DNA from: a virus
Lineage: Duplodnaviria; Caudoviricetes
Length of the DNA stretch: 32,965 nucleotides
IMG/VR virus record: IMGVR_UViG_3300029171_000031
Coordinates: 1-32,965 of that record
Reading direction: 5' to 3' (one strand)
Shown here: positions 8,716 to 17,865 of the stretch, in pieces
Layout: each line of letters opens with the position of its first letter
How positions within the stretch are numbered: the first letter of the stretch is position 1
Notes under the pieces: model-generated
Databases searched by the model: none
Seen by the model: only the letters and a program-made list of their open reading frames with translations
Told to the model about the DNA's origin: nothing
Program-made: the position numbers and the translations under genes

Positions 8716-9149
8716 TCGGACTCCGCTGCGCGAGCACGCTCTACCTCCGAGATCGTAGCAGCCAGCGACTTGAGGGGCTTACCGAGTAGGCGATCGATAG
8801 GTACCAAGCCACGGTCCCCTTGGACGGCGGTGATGCTTGGAGCCTGCGGTACCTTCGTGGCTCGGACCGCTCGAAGTGTATCTAGGTGGCTGGCACAGAC
8901 TCCGAACGCGGTACTCCCCCCTGGGACAGTGACCCCGTACTTGGATGTCTCTCCGCACACGAAGCACCACCGTTGGAAGTCAGTGATCGGACCCACATAG
9001 GCGGGGAAGGACTGTCCCGAAAGAGGTCCCCCACAGGGTTGGTGGCAAGAGTCGAGCCCTCGCGCGTGGGCGCGCTGCATGTGATCGCACGTCGCACACA
9101 CGATGGAGTACCCCGCGCGCACCAGTGTGGCCGTGACTTCAACGTTCAC
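8712..9149 (-). CDS. Cys/His-rich putative Zn-binding protein
   Basis: CATCDH, CHQPC, CFVC, CASH motifs; coupled overlaps with neighbours. Confidence 0.65.
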   Translation of the reverse strand: MNVEVTATLVRAGYSIVCATCDHMQRAHARGLDSCHQPCGGPLSGQSFPAYVGPITDFQRWCFVCGETSKYGVTVPGGSTAFGVCASHLDTLRAVRATKVPQAPSITAVQGDRGLVPIDRLLGKPLKSLAATISEVERARAAESE

Positions 9150-9718
9150 AGCCGACGCTCCGGGGTAAACTCAGTGCGCCGCATCACGCGGATTCGCAGC
9201 CCGACAAAGTACCCGGTGTCGAATACATGCCCCTCATCGTCCACGTTGGTCACGTCGAAGTAGTACCCAGACGCTGGGGGCCCTGTAACGGCGTCAGTGT
9301 CCTGATTGACCGCGTGCTGGTTGAAGAAGCGGTTGTTCCAGAACCGGAATACGTCCCCTTCGAGAGGTACGGGAGCGGAGATCGCCTCGACCGCAGCACG
9401 GGCAATCCAGATCGTACCCTGCCAACGAATCGTCAGCCCCTCCTCCTTCATTTGCGGCTGGCTCTCCATGTACTCCACGAAGCCCTTCAGCTGGTAAGGC
9501 CCATCCCAGGCCCGCTCAATAGGCTCGTCGTACAAAGGGTCTCGAACGGATCGGCTCACGTTCTGGTGCCAGTACATGATGTCGGTACCCACCGCACCCA
9601 TGTGCTCCTCAGCGATCGAGTCGAACATACAGGCTTCGGACGCGTCGAACGCGAACGGGCTACAGGTTGTGGGGCAGCCCGTAACCACCCGTGCAAACTC
9701 GCACTTCAACTTGCCCAT
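9146..9718 (-). CDS. Neck / head-closure protein (T4 gp14-like)
   Basis: EEHMGAVGTDIMYW...RDPLYDE, P.EGDV motifs; follows the gp13-like gene. Confidence 0.6.
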   Translation of the reverse strand: MGKLKCEFARVVTGCPTTCSPFAFDASEACMFDSIAEEHMGAVGTDIMYWHQNVSRSVRDPLYDEPIERAWDGPYQLKGFVEYMESQPQMKEEGLTIRWQGTIWIARAAVEAISAPVPLEGDVFRFWNNRFFNQHAVNQDTDAVTGPPASGYYFDVTNVDDEGHVFDTGYFVGLRIRVMRRTEFTPERRL

Positions 9719-9721
9719 GGT

Positions 9722-10462
9722 TCACCCCGTCACGAATCCGAGCGGGTACCCGCTCAAGGAGATCTCTTCCTCCAGCTTCTCGATCTCAGCCAACCCTACG
9801 TCCAACATGCGATCCCAGTTGAACCCTATGGAGTTACCTTGGGCGTTGGTGTACTCGGTGAAGTTCCCTCGGATCCAAGACAAGTCCACCATTGCCTTGG
9901 CCAGCGCGTAGCGCTTCACCAGCTCGTGATCACGCTCCTCAAGGATAGTGAGATCCGTGAAGTTGATCTTGGCCCACACAATCATCACCTGAGAGGACTG
10001 GGGAGGGGGAGATAGGTACAGCTGCTTGCCGATCTGCGTCCACTCCAGCTCGGCCCCGAGGATTCGCTTGGCCATCTCTACGTACTGCATGGACTGCACG
10101 TAGCTGGAGTACAGCCCGCCCGAAGACCCTGCGGCGAACACATCGTATGGGATCTTCTCCTCCATCCCGGTGTAGGGGCTGAAGATCAAAGACAGGTCCA
10201 TCTTGTTGGTGGTGAACGCCACATCTAGGACCTTGTCGATCTCGCAGTCGAGGTCGTAACAGACCTGCCGAGCGTAGGTCTGTACATTGAAGAGTTTTTG
10301 GACGCCCTTCTTCCCCGCGAACCACCTCACCGCCTGCTCAATGGCGTCGTCCACGTGCTCTTCGCACAGCTGGATCTTCCACAGAGGGGCGCCGAGCCTC
10401 CGCAGTATCCACTGCTTCAGCTCAGCACGGTCCATCAGTTGGTTGGATACGGGGCGGGTCAC
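9722..10462 (-). CDS. Neck / head-tail adaptor (T4 gp13-like)
   Basis: ELKQWILRRLGAP..IQL.EEHVDDAIEQA, VKRYALAKA, E.EKLEEE. Confidence 0.8.
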   Translation of the reverse strand: MTRPVSNQLMDRAELKQWILRRLGAPLWKIQLCEEHVDDAIEQAVRWFAGKKGVQKLFNVQTYARQVCYDLDCEIDKVLDVAFTTNKMDLSLIFSPYTGMEEKIPYDVFAAGSSGGLYSSYVQSMQYVEMAKRILGAELEWTQIGKQLYLSPPPQSSQVMIVWAKINFTDLTILEERDHELVKRYALAKAMVDLSWIRGNFTEYTNAQGNSIGFNWDRMLDVGLAEIEKLEEEISLSGYPLGFVTG

Positions 10463-10470
10463 GGGACTCC

Positions 10471-10635
10471 TTAGGAGAGTAGATCAGCCTTCCGGACTGG
10501 GCTGTCTAGTAACAGCTTACGTCCATCTCGATCCAAGATCTCTAGCAGACCGCACTTCTTGCAGCTAATCCGCTTGGCGCCTTCCTGCAAAGACTCCACC
10601 TGGACATCAGAGCTATGGCAGCGTGGGCAGTCCAT
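10471..10635 (-). CDS. Small Zn-ribbon protein, 54 aa
   Basis: MDCPRCHS...SCKKCG; ATG at 10635 in a TGATG overlap, so the track start at 10728 is probably too long. Confidence 0.65.
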   Translation of the reverse strand: MDCPRCHSSDVQVESLQEGAKRISCKKCGLLEILDRDGRKLLLDSPVRKADLLS

Positions 10636-10997
10636 CAGGCTAGGATCCTCTCCAGGATTTCTGCCTTGGTGCCTTCTCCCGAGAGCCCCTTCGACTCTGC
10701 GTAGGTCACCAACTCCGCGCGCGTCCACGCCCGACTCGGAATGGCCTCTTCGGGTGCTGGCTGCTCAGCTGGGGTAGTCTCCGGGACGGAGGGCTCCGGA
10801 TCAGTCGTAGTGACGACTGCCACAGGCTCAGCGACGGGCTCCAGAACGAGCGTAGGAGTCACAGCGGGTCCGCTGTAGTACCGAAGCTTTCCGGGCACGA
10901 ACCGCTCGAACTGCGGGCCTTCCAGGATTTGGTCTTGGACTACGCCGACACCGGGGATAGTCACATGAGATACATCAGGCCTCTTCACATAGCGCAT
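10635..10997 (-). CDS. Hypothetical protein with C-terminal HeH/Rho-N-like domain
   Basis: Pro/Glu/Thr linker, then WTRAELVTYAESKG...TKAEILERIL. Confidence 0.7.
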   Translation of the reverse strand: MRYVKRPDVSHVTIPGVGVVQDQILEGPQFERFVPGKLRYYSGPAVTPTLVLEPVAEPVAVVTTTDPEPSVPETTPAEQPAPEEAIPSRAWTRAELVTYAESKGLSGEGTKAEILERILA

Positions 10998-10999
10998 TG

Positions 11000-11665
11000 T
11001 CAGATCTCCTTAGGGTAGAAGGGGGCTACTGTTCCGAGCGAACGGATCGAAACCTCCTCGGAAACAGAGGCAGTGACACGTACTGCCCCAACGTATGGGA
11101 TGTCCTCTTCTTCCTCTGCGCTGGGCCCGACCCCTTCTAGAGGCTCGACCCCGTCCGAGGCAAGAAGCTTTCTGCGCACGCGCTCACGCGCTTCGAGGTA
11201 GGCCTGGTCACTCTCGGGACTTCGATCCGGCTGGATTCCAGGGGGAAGCCCGAAGGGAATAGGCTCCACCGTGACAGGGCGATGGAAGGGTGCTCGGGCC
11301 AAGTCCGCTGGAGCCCCGAAGGACGCTACCAGCTCTGCGAACGAGTCTCGGAGGCCCTGTACAGCGGCTTGTGTGGCTTCTAGGGCCTGCACAGTACGAA
11401 GTGCGTCCGCCGCGAGAAGGTCTAGCCCCTCGGCTACTTCGCTAACGGACCGATACAGCTCTCCGATCCTTCGCCGCAGTTCCTCAGGGGCTTCTGAGTC
11501 CTCTTCTACGTCCTCAAGGTCCTCCTCCTCTTCAATAGGGGGCGGCACTCGTCCGACTGCTCCGATTTTGGCCAGCTCCGCCAGCATCACATCTACGTCC
11601 ATGATTCGCCTCGTTAGGGGAAACTCACACAAGCCTACCATGCTTTGCAGCGGGATTGAAGTCAC
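11000..11665 (-). CDS. Hypothetical acidic coiled-coil protein
   Basis: E-rich tracts and a heptad-like central helix; coupled to neighbours. Confidence 0.65.
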   Translation of the reverse strand: MTSIPLQSMVGLCEFPLTRRIMDVDVMLAELAKIGAVGRVPPPIEEEEDLEDVEEDSEAPEELRRRIGELYRSVSEVAEGLDLLAADALRTVQALEATQAAVQGLRDSFAELVASFGAPADLARAPFHRPVTVEPIPFGLPPGIQPDRSPESDQAYLEARERVRRKLLASDGVEPLEGVGPSAEEEEDIPYVGAVRVTASVSEEVSIRSLGTVAPFYPKEI

Positions 11666-12072
11666 CGTATCCGACCCTTGATCGGGGCCTCTCCCAGAGT
11701 CGAGGTAGGCTTGTCCCCTTGGAGAGTGCTTTGAAGGTTGGTGAGACTGTTGGTTGCCGAGAGCGTGTCAGGGTTGGCGTCTAGCTGGGAGAACACCCCA
11801 GCTACAGCAGAAATCAACCCACTGAGCGGTGTGCCGGTGCGAATCGTGGCTGCGAGATCCAGGTCTGTGGCAGTCAGGGCCCCCAAACGAACCGCGTCGG
11901 CTAGGGAGCCAGCTAGAGAAGCCCATTGACGTAGCTGACCGCTGAAATCCGGTTCGGAACGAATCGTTCCGTACAGGATCAAGTTTGTCGTGTCTAGGAA
12001 CTCTTCTACGAGTCGAGGATTCAACCCGAAGGAGACTAGGCCTCCAAAGGCGTTGAGTCCGTGTGCGATCAT
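11662..12072 (-). CDS. Hypothetical virion accessory protein
   Basis: ATGA-coupled to the upstream gene; Gly/Leu/Thr-rich spaced repeats. Confidence 0.6.
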   Translation of the reverse strand: MIAHGLNAFGGLVSFGLNPRLVEEFLDTTNLILYGTIRSEPDFSGQLRQWASLAGSLADAVRLGALTATDLDLAATIRTGTPLSGLISAVAGVFSQLDANPDTLSATNSLTNLQSTLQGDKPTSTLGEAPIKGRIR

Positions 12073-13106
12073 AGGTCCGTAGGCACCCCGCGCTTCGTCT
12101 GCGACCCTCTCACGGTGGTTACGCTCTCACCCTGGTCAGTCTCCAGATCCCAAGCCCGCAGCTCCGTCACCCCATCATCATCGAACAGTACCAGCAGCTG
12201 CCGAGTGAAGTCGATCTCCAACCGGTTGTTCGTGACCTTGCGGATCAGGGCTACAGCATCGATGAGCGACAATGCAGTAGGATAGGACCAAACAGCTGCG
12301 GCTACTGCGGCGGTGTCGAGACCCCCACTGCTCTGCGTGATGTGCAGCTCCAGATTTCCTTGCGCAGTTCTCTGTAGGTCAGTGGTCAGCTCGGCTTGGA
12401 GATCCAGTTCCAGGTACCCGATAGCTGCCAGGTCCGCTGCAAACGCGCTGGTGGCATTCAGGGACAGGTCTAGGAACAAGGCTCCAATGGCCTCGGGTGA
12501 CAACGTCCCCACACCACTCAAGGTGAGGACCAGCTGCGCTGCACCCGTGGGTGCGAGTGTGGCGGTAGAAGCTGCTGCGATACTGAGGTCTAGAGCAGCA
12601 GAGCCTGTGAGGGTGTAGCTCGAAGCTAGAGAGGCTGAGAGCGACAGGTCTCCGTTCAGGGCCCCAAGGATCGAGAAGCTGGTGGTCGCCTGCCCAGCCA
12701 GAGAGATCTCCAGAAGCGCTAGGGCTTGGAGATCTAGAGAAGGGCTCAGAGCCGCGTTGAGGCTGAGGGTGGCGTCGGCCACACCGATCAGAGTCAGCGT
12801 CGAAACCCCCGACCCAGCCATGGCGAGGGAGGCTTCGATCCCTCCCGCTAACGCTCCGGTAGTCGAGCTTTCAGCAAGTGCCCGTAGCGCAATGGCTCCT
12901 GGCTTCAGAGGCATCGACCAGGTTGTAGGGTTCAGGTACCCAGAGAGGACTCCGCTGGTCTGTAGAAGGCCGGCGTCCCCCACGTACCGGCCCTTCATGG
13001 CCCCGGTGCTCCGCGCCTTAGCACGCTCCCCAGACAGTGGGGTCAGACCGGCCGAGAAGCGCATAGCGCCACCGCCAGTCCGAAACCCGCCGTCCACGAT
13101 AGCCAT
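12069..13106 (-). CDS. Ala/Leu/Ser/Gly-rich repetitive fibre-like structural protein
   Basis: Likely start MAIVDGG at 13106 (TGATG overlap); recurring L.LSL.A/G units and AAVAAAVWSY motif. Confidence 0.65.
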   Translation of the reverse strand: MAIVDGGFRTGGGAMRFSAGLTPLSGERAKARSTGAMKGRYVGDAGLLQTSGVLSGYLNPTTWSMPLKPGAIALRALAESSTTGALAGGIEASLAMAGSGVSTLTLIGVADATLSLNAALSPSLDLQALALLEISLAGQATTSFSILGALNGDLSLSASLASSYTLTGSAALDLSIAAASTATLAPTGAAQLVLTLSGVGTLSPEAIGALFLDLSLNATSAFAADLAAIGYLELDLQAELTTDLQRTAQGNLELHITQSSGGLDTAAVAAAVWSYPTALSLIDAVALIRKVTNNRLEIDFTRQLLVLFDDDGVTELRAWDLETDQGESVTTVRGSQTKRGVPTDL

Positions 13107-14263
13107 CACCCACCCCAAGCCACATCGACATGGCCAGTGATTGGACTCAAGTTCGTGGTAGCACCGGCTCCGAAGAGCATCAGTCCAAGGCAAGCCCCGT
13201 CGAGCACACGCGGGAACGAAGGAAGCATGTTCACGTAGTCACGCTCCTGAAGAACGCTCGTAACAGGGGTTCCGATATAGAACACCGGCTTCACGATCGC
13301 TAGGGCCACCACACCTGCGCCCGTGTAGGCCGTGCCGGCGCTCCAAGTGAAGCTATTGATGCGTGAGATTCCCGTAGAGCCACTGGCCAAAGGAAGGAAC
13401 GGACCGTAGTTGCCTGCGGCATTTCCTGAGTGCAGCACGCGTCCTGCGTAGGCGTTCGCTGTAGCTCCCATGATGGGGGTATGCGGAAACGATCTCGACC
13501 CGCTATCAGGACTTGCAGTATCGTAGTAGTCCGACGCGGAAAGCTGTGGACCACCTGCCGTGGGCTGAGTCACTGAGATGAAGGATGCGAAGCACCCCAC
13601 TCCATCAGGGCTCCTCATGCGAATCGTCAGCGTGTGAGTGCCCGTACCAGCGTCAGTGAACGGGATGACCGTGCCCGTTGTGTAGTCCTCATAGGAGGCT
13701 GCAACCCGAGCCGTCGTTGCGGATACGCGTACGAGCCAGTAGTCCGTGTTCAGAGACAACCCCGTGGGCAAGGTAGTGGTCGTCGTGAAACGAACCTTCG
13801 TGCCTGAGTTGAAGTCATTCGTGAAGGTCAGCAGCAGACCACTGGAGCTGGAGGCGGTGAAAGTGTTGGAGTTGATCAAGGACCTGGAGAGCACCCCTGT
13901 CACATCCGTACCTGTCAGCGGATAGTAGCCTTGCAGGTCTACTAGCATGGCCTGCCAAGGGGCTCCGGCCGCTGCCACGATTGACAAGCTCGCATTGAGA
14001 ATGTGCTTGGTCGCCGTACCTCCTGGAGGTCCGCCTACGTCAATACCGATACGGTTCGTACCGTCACCCGAGAAGTCGTCGCAGGATCGCCAAAGACGAG
14101 TCGTGCCTGGGAAAGTCGAAGCCACAGGGTAGCCCGCCAAGCCGAACGTCGAGTGCCACCCACCAGCAGTGTGAACCGGGGTAGTTAGCTTGGAGTAGTC
14201 TCGTCGCAAGAACTTACCGGCTGTGACCTGCGCCATTAGATCGTCGTTACTCGTAAATCCCAT
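13106..14263 (-). CDS. Beta-rich virion accessory protein, paralog A, with an inserted domain
   Basis: Shares AG.WH, L.D...YYP, DG.G, GPFL.LASG.TG, ALxxVKP and DGA.L blocks with 14267..15133. Confidence 0.75.
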   Translation of the reverse strand: MGFTSNDDLMAQVTAGKFLRRDYSKLTTPVHTAGGWHSTFGLAGYPVASTFPGTTRLWRSCDDFSGDGTNRIGIDVGGPPGGTATKHILNASLSIVAAAGAPWQAMLVDLQGYYPLTGTDVTGVLSRSLINSNTFTASSSSGLLLTFTNDFNSGTKVRFTTTTTLPTGLSLNTDYWLVRVSATTARVAASYEDYTTGTVIPFTDAGTGTHTLTIRMRSPDGVGCFASFISVTQPTAGGPQLSASDYYDTASPDSGSRSFPHTPIMGATANAYAGRVLHSGNAAGNYGPFLPLASGSTGISRINSFTWSAGTAYTGAGVVALAIVKPVFYIGTPVTSVLQERDYVNMLPSFPRVLDGACLGLMLFGAGATTNLSPITGHVDVAWGG

Positions 14264-14266
14264 GGG

Positions 14267-15133
14267 TCAGTCGCTCCAAATGAACTGGGCGGTCCCACCC
14301 AGAGTAGACGCAGAAACACCGGACTGCGATAGAACAATGAAGTTGAGATAGGCCCCATCTACAATCGGGACCGGCATTCGATCTCTACCGAATATGATCT
14401 CGACAGGGTTATTGATCTCGCGCGCAGCCAAGTCTACCAGAGGCTTGACGAGGACGAGTGCGATCAGGCCACCACTAGGTACCGTAAAACTCACGGTCTC
14501 GATGCTACGAACCCCAGTATCCCCACTGGCGAGTTTCAAGAAGGGCCCTCCAGGACTATTCACGGTGCCGACTTGGGCAGAGGTGTACAGGTTCCCGATG
14601 CCTCCAAAGGTTCCTGAAGAAGTACCTTGAATAGGGGAGGTGCGGATCACACCATCCTGGTTCACGTAGTCAAACGTGAAGGCAGCGCTGAGCACAGTTG
14701 CGGGGGCCTGCATCACTGCCATGACCCGGACACCAGCACCATCCACATATCGTGACAGGCTGGAAGTGGTGTTATCCATCACCTGTAGGTCAGTCGTATC
14801 TGCGTCTACGAACGGGTAGTAGAGCAAGTAGTCACACAGCCGGTAGGGACCTCCAAGAAGGTTCACCGTAGATGTCAACTCCAGCTGAGCGAGGTACTTC
14901 GTGGCAGGGGCTTGATCGGTTCCGTGCCAGATACCACGAGTCGAGAGCAGCTGCGCAGCCTCAAGAGGTGCTGAGGCGTAGTAGTTGGGGAGGGGACTAC
15001 CGGAGGACATAGACAGGTCGTGCCACCATCCCGCAGGAATACTCTGAGACAGAACCTTACGAAACGAACACGGATGCACACGCCCAGACTCGTAGGCGTT
15101 GCCAAAAACCCCGAACGTGCGAAGTGCGCCCAT
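14267..15133 (-). CDS. Beta-rich virion accessory protein, paralog B
   Basis: Likely start MGALRTF at 15133 (TGATG overlap); paralogous blocks shared with 13106..14263. Confidence 0.75.
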   Translation of the reverse strand: MGALRTFGVFGNAYESGRVHPCSFRKVLSQSIPAGWWHDLSMSSGSPLPNYYASAPLEAAQLLSTRGIWHGTDQAPATKYLAQLELTSTVNLLGGPYRLCDYLLYYPFVDADTTDLQVMDNTTSSLSRYVDGAGVRVMAVMQAPATVLSAAFTFDYVNQDGVIRTSPIQGTSSGTFGGIGNLYTSAQVGTVNSPGGPFLKLASGDTGVRSIETVSFTVPSGGLIALVLVKPLVDLAAREINNPVEIIFGRDRMPVPIVDGAYLNFIVLSQSGVSASTLGGTAQFIWSD

Positions 15134-15537
15134 CAGTTCAGTGTCAGCGTGAACGTGCCCGGATTGAACTGCGGCTGAATGCCCACGGCGACAGGCAGAG
15201 AAGACGCGAAGGCTCCGTGAGCAATGATCTGCGTCGATCCATTCGGCGAGATGCTCCCATGCGTGATCGTGTTCGAACCCGAGGAACACACGGGGAACTG
15301 GAGAAGGGCTGCGTTGGTTACGCTGTCACCAGTCACCGGAAGCGCCAGCGCCGACCGGTTCACCGTCACAACCGCGTACCCACCGTAGGTAGCCTCATTT
15401 GTCGTAGTCAGACCCGCATCAGTAGGATCGGCCGTGTGCAAATGGAGGTCGAACTGTGTAGCAGCTGCCCAAGGGAACGCGGTCCCGTTGAAGATCAACT
15501 GAAGAATCTGAGTCTCTGTTGTGTCGCCGAAGCTCAT
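15133..15537 (-). CDS. Minor structural / fibre-associated protein (LHTADP family)
   Basis: AGGAGG RBS; LHLHTADP..AG.TTNEATYGGYA, VTNAA...FP, ITH motifs typical of small phage fibre-module proteins. Confidence 0.7.
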   Translation of the reverse strand: MSFGDTTETQILQLIFNGTAFPWAAATQFDLHLHTADPTDAGLTTTNEATYGGYAVVTVNRSALALPVTGDSVTNAALLQFPVCSSGSNTITHGSISPNGSTQIIAHGAFASSLPVAVGIQPQFNPGTFTLTLN

Positions 15538-15613
15538 TGAAGGGTCCTCCTGGCAGAAACCCGAACCTACACAGGCAGGGCTAAGTATTCTCGTAGAGTA
15601 CTAGCCCACTACC

Positions 15614-15937
15614 TCAGGAGCAACTGATCCTCAGCACAACGTACTCACACGGGGTCGGTACTTGAATCGTTCGATCCACATGTATTAGGTCTCCCTCCAC
15701 CCAGTACCTATCCCGAACCACCGCAGCCCCTATCCGGTACTCATGACTCCCCGCGTCCCCTTGCGGTAGCTCAAACCGCCCAGTGCTGTACAGCCCCGAG
15801 AGACCCTTCCGGAGGATCGCAAGAACACGCCGCATCATCGGCACCAAGTACCACAGCCGCATCCGCACCGCGTGCCACTCTGCTAGCTTTCTCACCGCCT
15901 TCGCGCGCCTGCGACGGTTGTCCCGGCTCCGACTCAT
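15614..15937 (-). CDS. Hypothetical protein: Arg-rich N-terminus plus segment resembling the sheath C-terminal domain
   Basis: ATGA overlap with upstream gene; LSGLYSTGRF and VDRTIQVPTPCEYVVLRI resemble sheath LNGLFNDGLF and IDVGIAPNRPAEFVRFRF. Confidence 0.55.
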   Translation of the reverse strand: MSRSRDNRRRRAKAVRKLAEWHAVRMRLWYLVPMMRRVLAILRKGLSGLYSTGRFELPQGDAGSHEYRIGAAVVRDRYWVEGDLIHVDRTIQVPTPCEYVVLRISCS

Positions 15938-16209
15938 CGCACCCTCTGAATCCCGAGCAGGATGGCGCTGGGATCACAAGGGTCCTGGTCCACTACTACC
16001 TGAACCTTCCGAGCCCGCCACTCCGGAGGTAGCTGGATCTGGTCATCTCGGTCCGCCAAGTAATACGCCAGCACGTTACAGGCGGTCTCGATCGCCCTCA
16101 GCGTCTTTGGAGACGCTGGCAAACCGAAGTACGCCTGCACCGTAGAGTGCCGCCTCAGCGCATCCAGCAGATCCAGCTCAGACTCCGTTGCAGGGTATGG
16201 GAACCTCAT
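15934..16209 (-). CDS. Hypothetical protein, 91 aa
   Basis: GAGGAGG RBS before ATG; follows the capsid terminator. Confidence 0.65.
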   Translation of the reverse strand: MRFPYPATESELDLLDALRRHSTVQAYFGLPASPKTLRAIETACNVLAYYLADRDDQIQLPPEWRARKVQVVVDQDPCDPSAILLGIQRVR

Positions 16210-16254
16210 TGGCGAACCTCCTCAAAAACTCGGAAGAGGGTAGCCTCGCACATA

Positions 16255-16288
16255 AAATGGAAAAAGGCCCCACCGAAGTGGAGCCTTT
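16255..16288 (-). terminator. Rho-independent terminator after the major capsid gene
   Basis: AGGCTCCAC-TTCG-GTGGGGCCT followed by TTTTCCATTTT. Confidence 0.85.
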
Positions 16289-16323
16289 CGCCGTCATACC
16301 AGGAAGCCAGTAGTTACAAGGGC

Positions 16324-17814
16324 TTACAGGTTCTGGATCGTCATCTGACCGTAGAAGTCAGGACGAAGCAGCTTCTTCGCGTAGCGGGTACGGAGACCCT
16401 TGCGGAAGGAGAAGTCGCTCGGGTCGAGGAAGGTCGGGGTGACCTGGAGCGGCACGTACGGGGCCCAGACGTAGCCGGACTCCAAGAAGCTTCCGCCCTT
16501 GAGACCGATCATCATCTTGTCGCGCGTGAAGAACGGATCCTCATAGACGGTCCACTTGTTCATCAGCGTACCAGCCTTGTAGATCGAGAACGATCCATGG
16601 CCACCACGCGGACGCATCATGTCCATCTGCCCGTTCGGGTTCATGTCGGGCGACCAGATCGGCTTGAAGTCGCCGTGCGTGGTCAGCTGCGTCAACAGCG
16701 CCGACACCTCGGGGCTCGTCACAATCCAGTTCGCAGGCGCGCGGAGCGTCTTCTTGTGGATGAGGTTCGAGACCGTGCTGATCTGCGTCAGCATCGAGCG
16801 AAGGTGATCCAGCTCCGAGATTCCGCCCGGGGGGATACGGTCGAACGTAGCCGTCGTGTTCAACGAGTTCAGGAACAGGTCGTTGATGACCTCTCGGTCG
16901 ATCTCCAACGCGATCTCCTGAGCGATGATCGACACGATCTCCGTCTCAGCGTCCAGACCGTGGAAGGCCCGAAGGTCCTCAGCAGCTTCCGAAGACCACA
17001 GGGCCTTCAGACGACGAGGCATCGCCTCTACGGGGCTCTTCTTCACATCCAGACGTACCTCAGGCACGTTGGTGTTCAGCTCGCCGTCGTAGAAGTAGAA
17101 CGCCTTGATCTGGTTACCGTTCGCCGCCGCGTTCGTGAACAAGAAGCTCGCGACCGCACCGTTCGAGTAGTTGATCGTACCCGCCGAAACGTCACCCGTG
17201 AAACCACCGGTACCGTTGTCGGTAGCCTCCTGGACCGTCGCACCCGTCGTAGCGTTGATCTCGCGGATGATCACCGAGAATCCACGACCGGAGTCGAGAG
17301 GACGCACGGGAGTCCACGCCAGCACCGCCGAGAGGGCCGTACCAACACCACCGAAGGCAGCGCCGTTACCGGTGGCCAGAGGCTCACCGTTCACAAACTC
17401 GCTGCTGTAGTCGCGGTCGAAGTCGCGCGGGAACACGTTCCCAGCGGTCGTACCACCCTTCGTCGATCCGTAGACGTAATCGAGGAAGAACACAGCACCG
17501 ATTGGAGCCGTCATCGGCTGAACCGACACCAACTCGTTTGCGATCAGGTTCGGGAACACCCTCCGGAGAACCGGGAAGATGAACTTCGTGAACGAACCCA
17601 CGTTGACACTCCGCGTCTCCTCGTTGAGGGACTGGAGCCACATGGACTCATTCTCCATGAGCATCGCGGTACAACCGAGCACGTAGCGCTCATGCTCCGT
17701 GCGGTCCGGCAGACCTTCGAGGAACTCACCCCACTTGTGGATAAGGGCCCCTACATAGCTCTGGTCGGCGATGGTACGACGACCCTCTTCTTGAAGCATC
17801 GATCGAGCTTCCAC
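16324..17814 (-). CDS. Major capsid protein (T4 gp23-like)
   Basis: KW..FLEGL, LMENE, PVLRRVFPNLIANELVSVQPM, RRLKALWS.EAAEDL.A.HGLDAE.E, EIALEIDREVI, YVWAPYVPL, KGLRTRYA; AGGAGG RBS. Confidence 0.97.
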   Translation of the reverse strand: MEARSMLQEEGRRTIADQSYVGALIHKWGEFLEGLPDRTEHERYVLGCTAMLMENESMWLQSLNEETRSVNVGSFTKFIFPVLRRVFPNLIANELVSVQPMTAPIGAVFFLDYVYGSTKGGTTAGNVFPRDFDRDYSSEFVNGEPLATGNGAAFGGVGTALSAVLAWTPVRPLDSGRGFSVIIREINATTGATVQEATDNGTGGFTGDVSAGTINYSNGAVASFLFTNAAANGNQIKAFYFYDGELNTNVPEVRLDVKKSPVEAMPRRLKALWSSEAAEDLRAFHGLDAETEIVSIIAQEIALEIDREVINDLFLNSLNTTATFDRIPPGGISELDHLRSMLTQISTVSNLIHKKTLRAPANWIVTSPEVSALLTQLTTHGDFKPIWSPDMNPNGQMDMMRPRGGHGSFSIYKAGTLMNKWTVYEDPFFTRDKMMIGLKGGSFLESGYVWAPYVPLQVTPTFLDPSDFSFRKGLRTRYAKKLLRPDFYGQMTIQNL

Positions 17815-17865
17815 TGTTGCCTCCTGGGTAAAGTATCAGGTGGGTCGTCCCCCACCGTGAGTCAG

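Noticed and set aside
9227-10015. 262-aa plus-strand ORF and the many other plus-strand ORFs in the track
   Set aside because: All lie antisense to well-supported minus-strand genes and lack recognisable domains
15134-15289. Extended N-termini given by the ORF track (also 13107..13193, 10636..10728, 26885..27016)
   Set aside because: They overlap upstream genes; internal ATGs in TGATG/ATGA overlaps are more plausible starts
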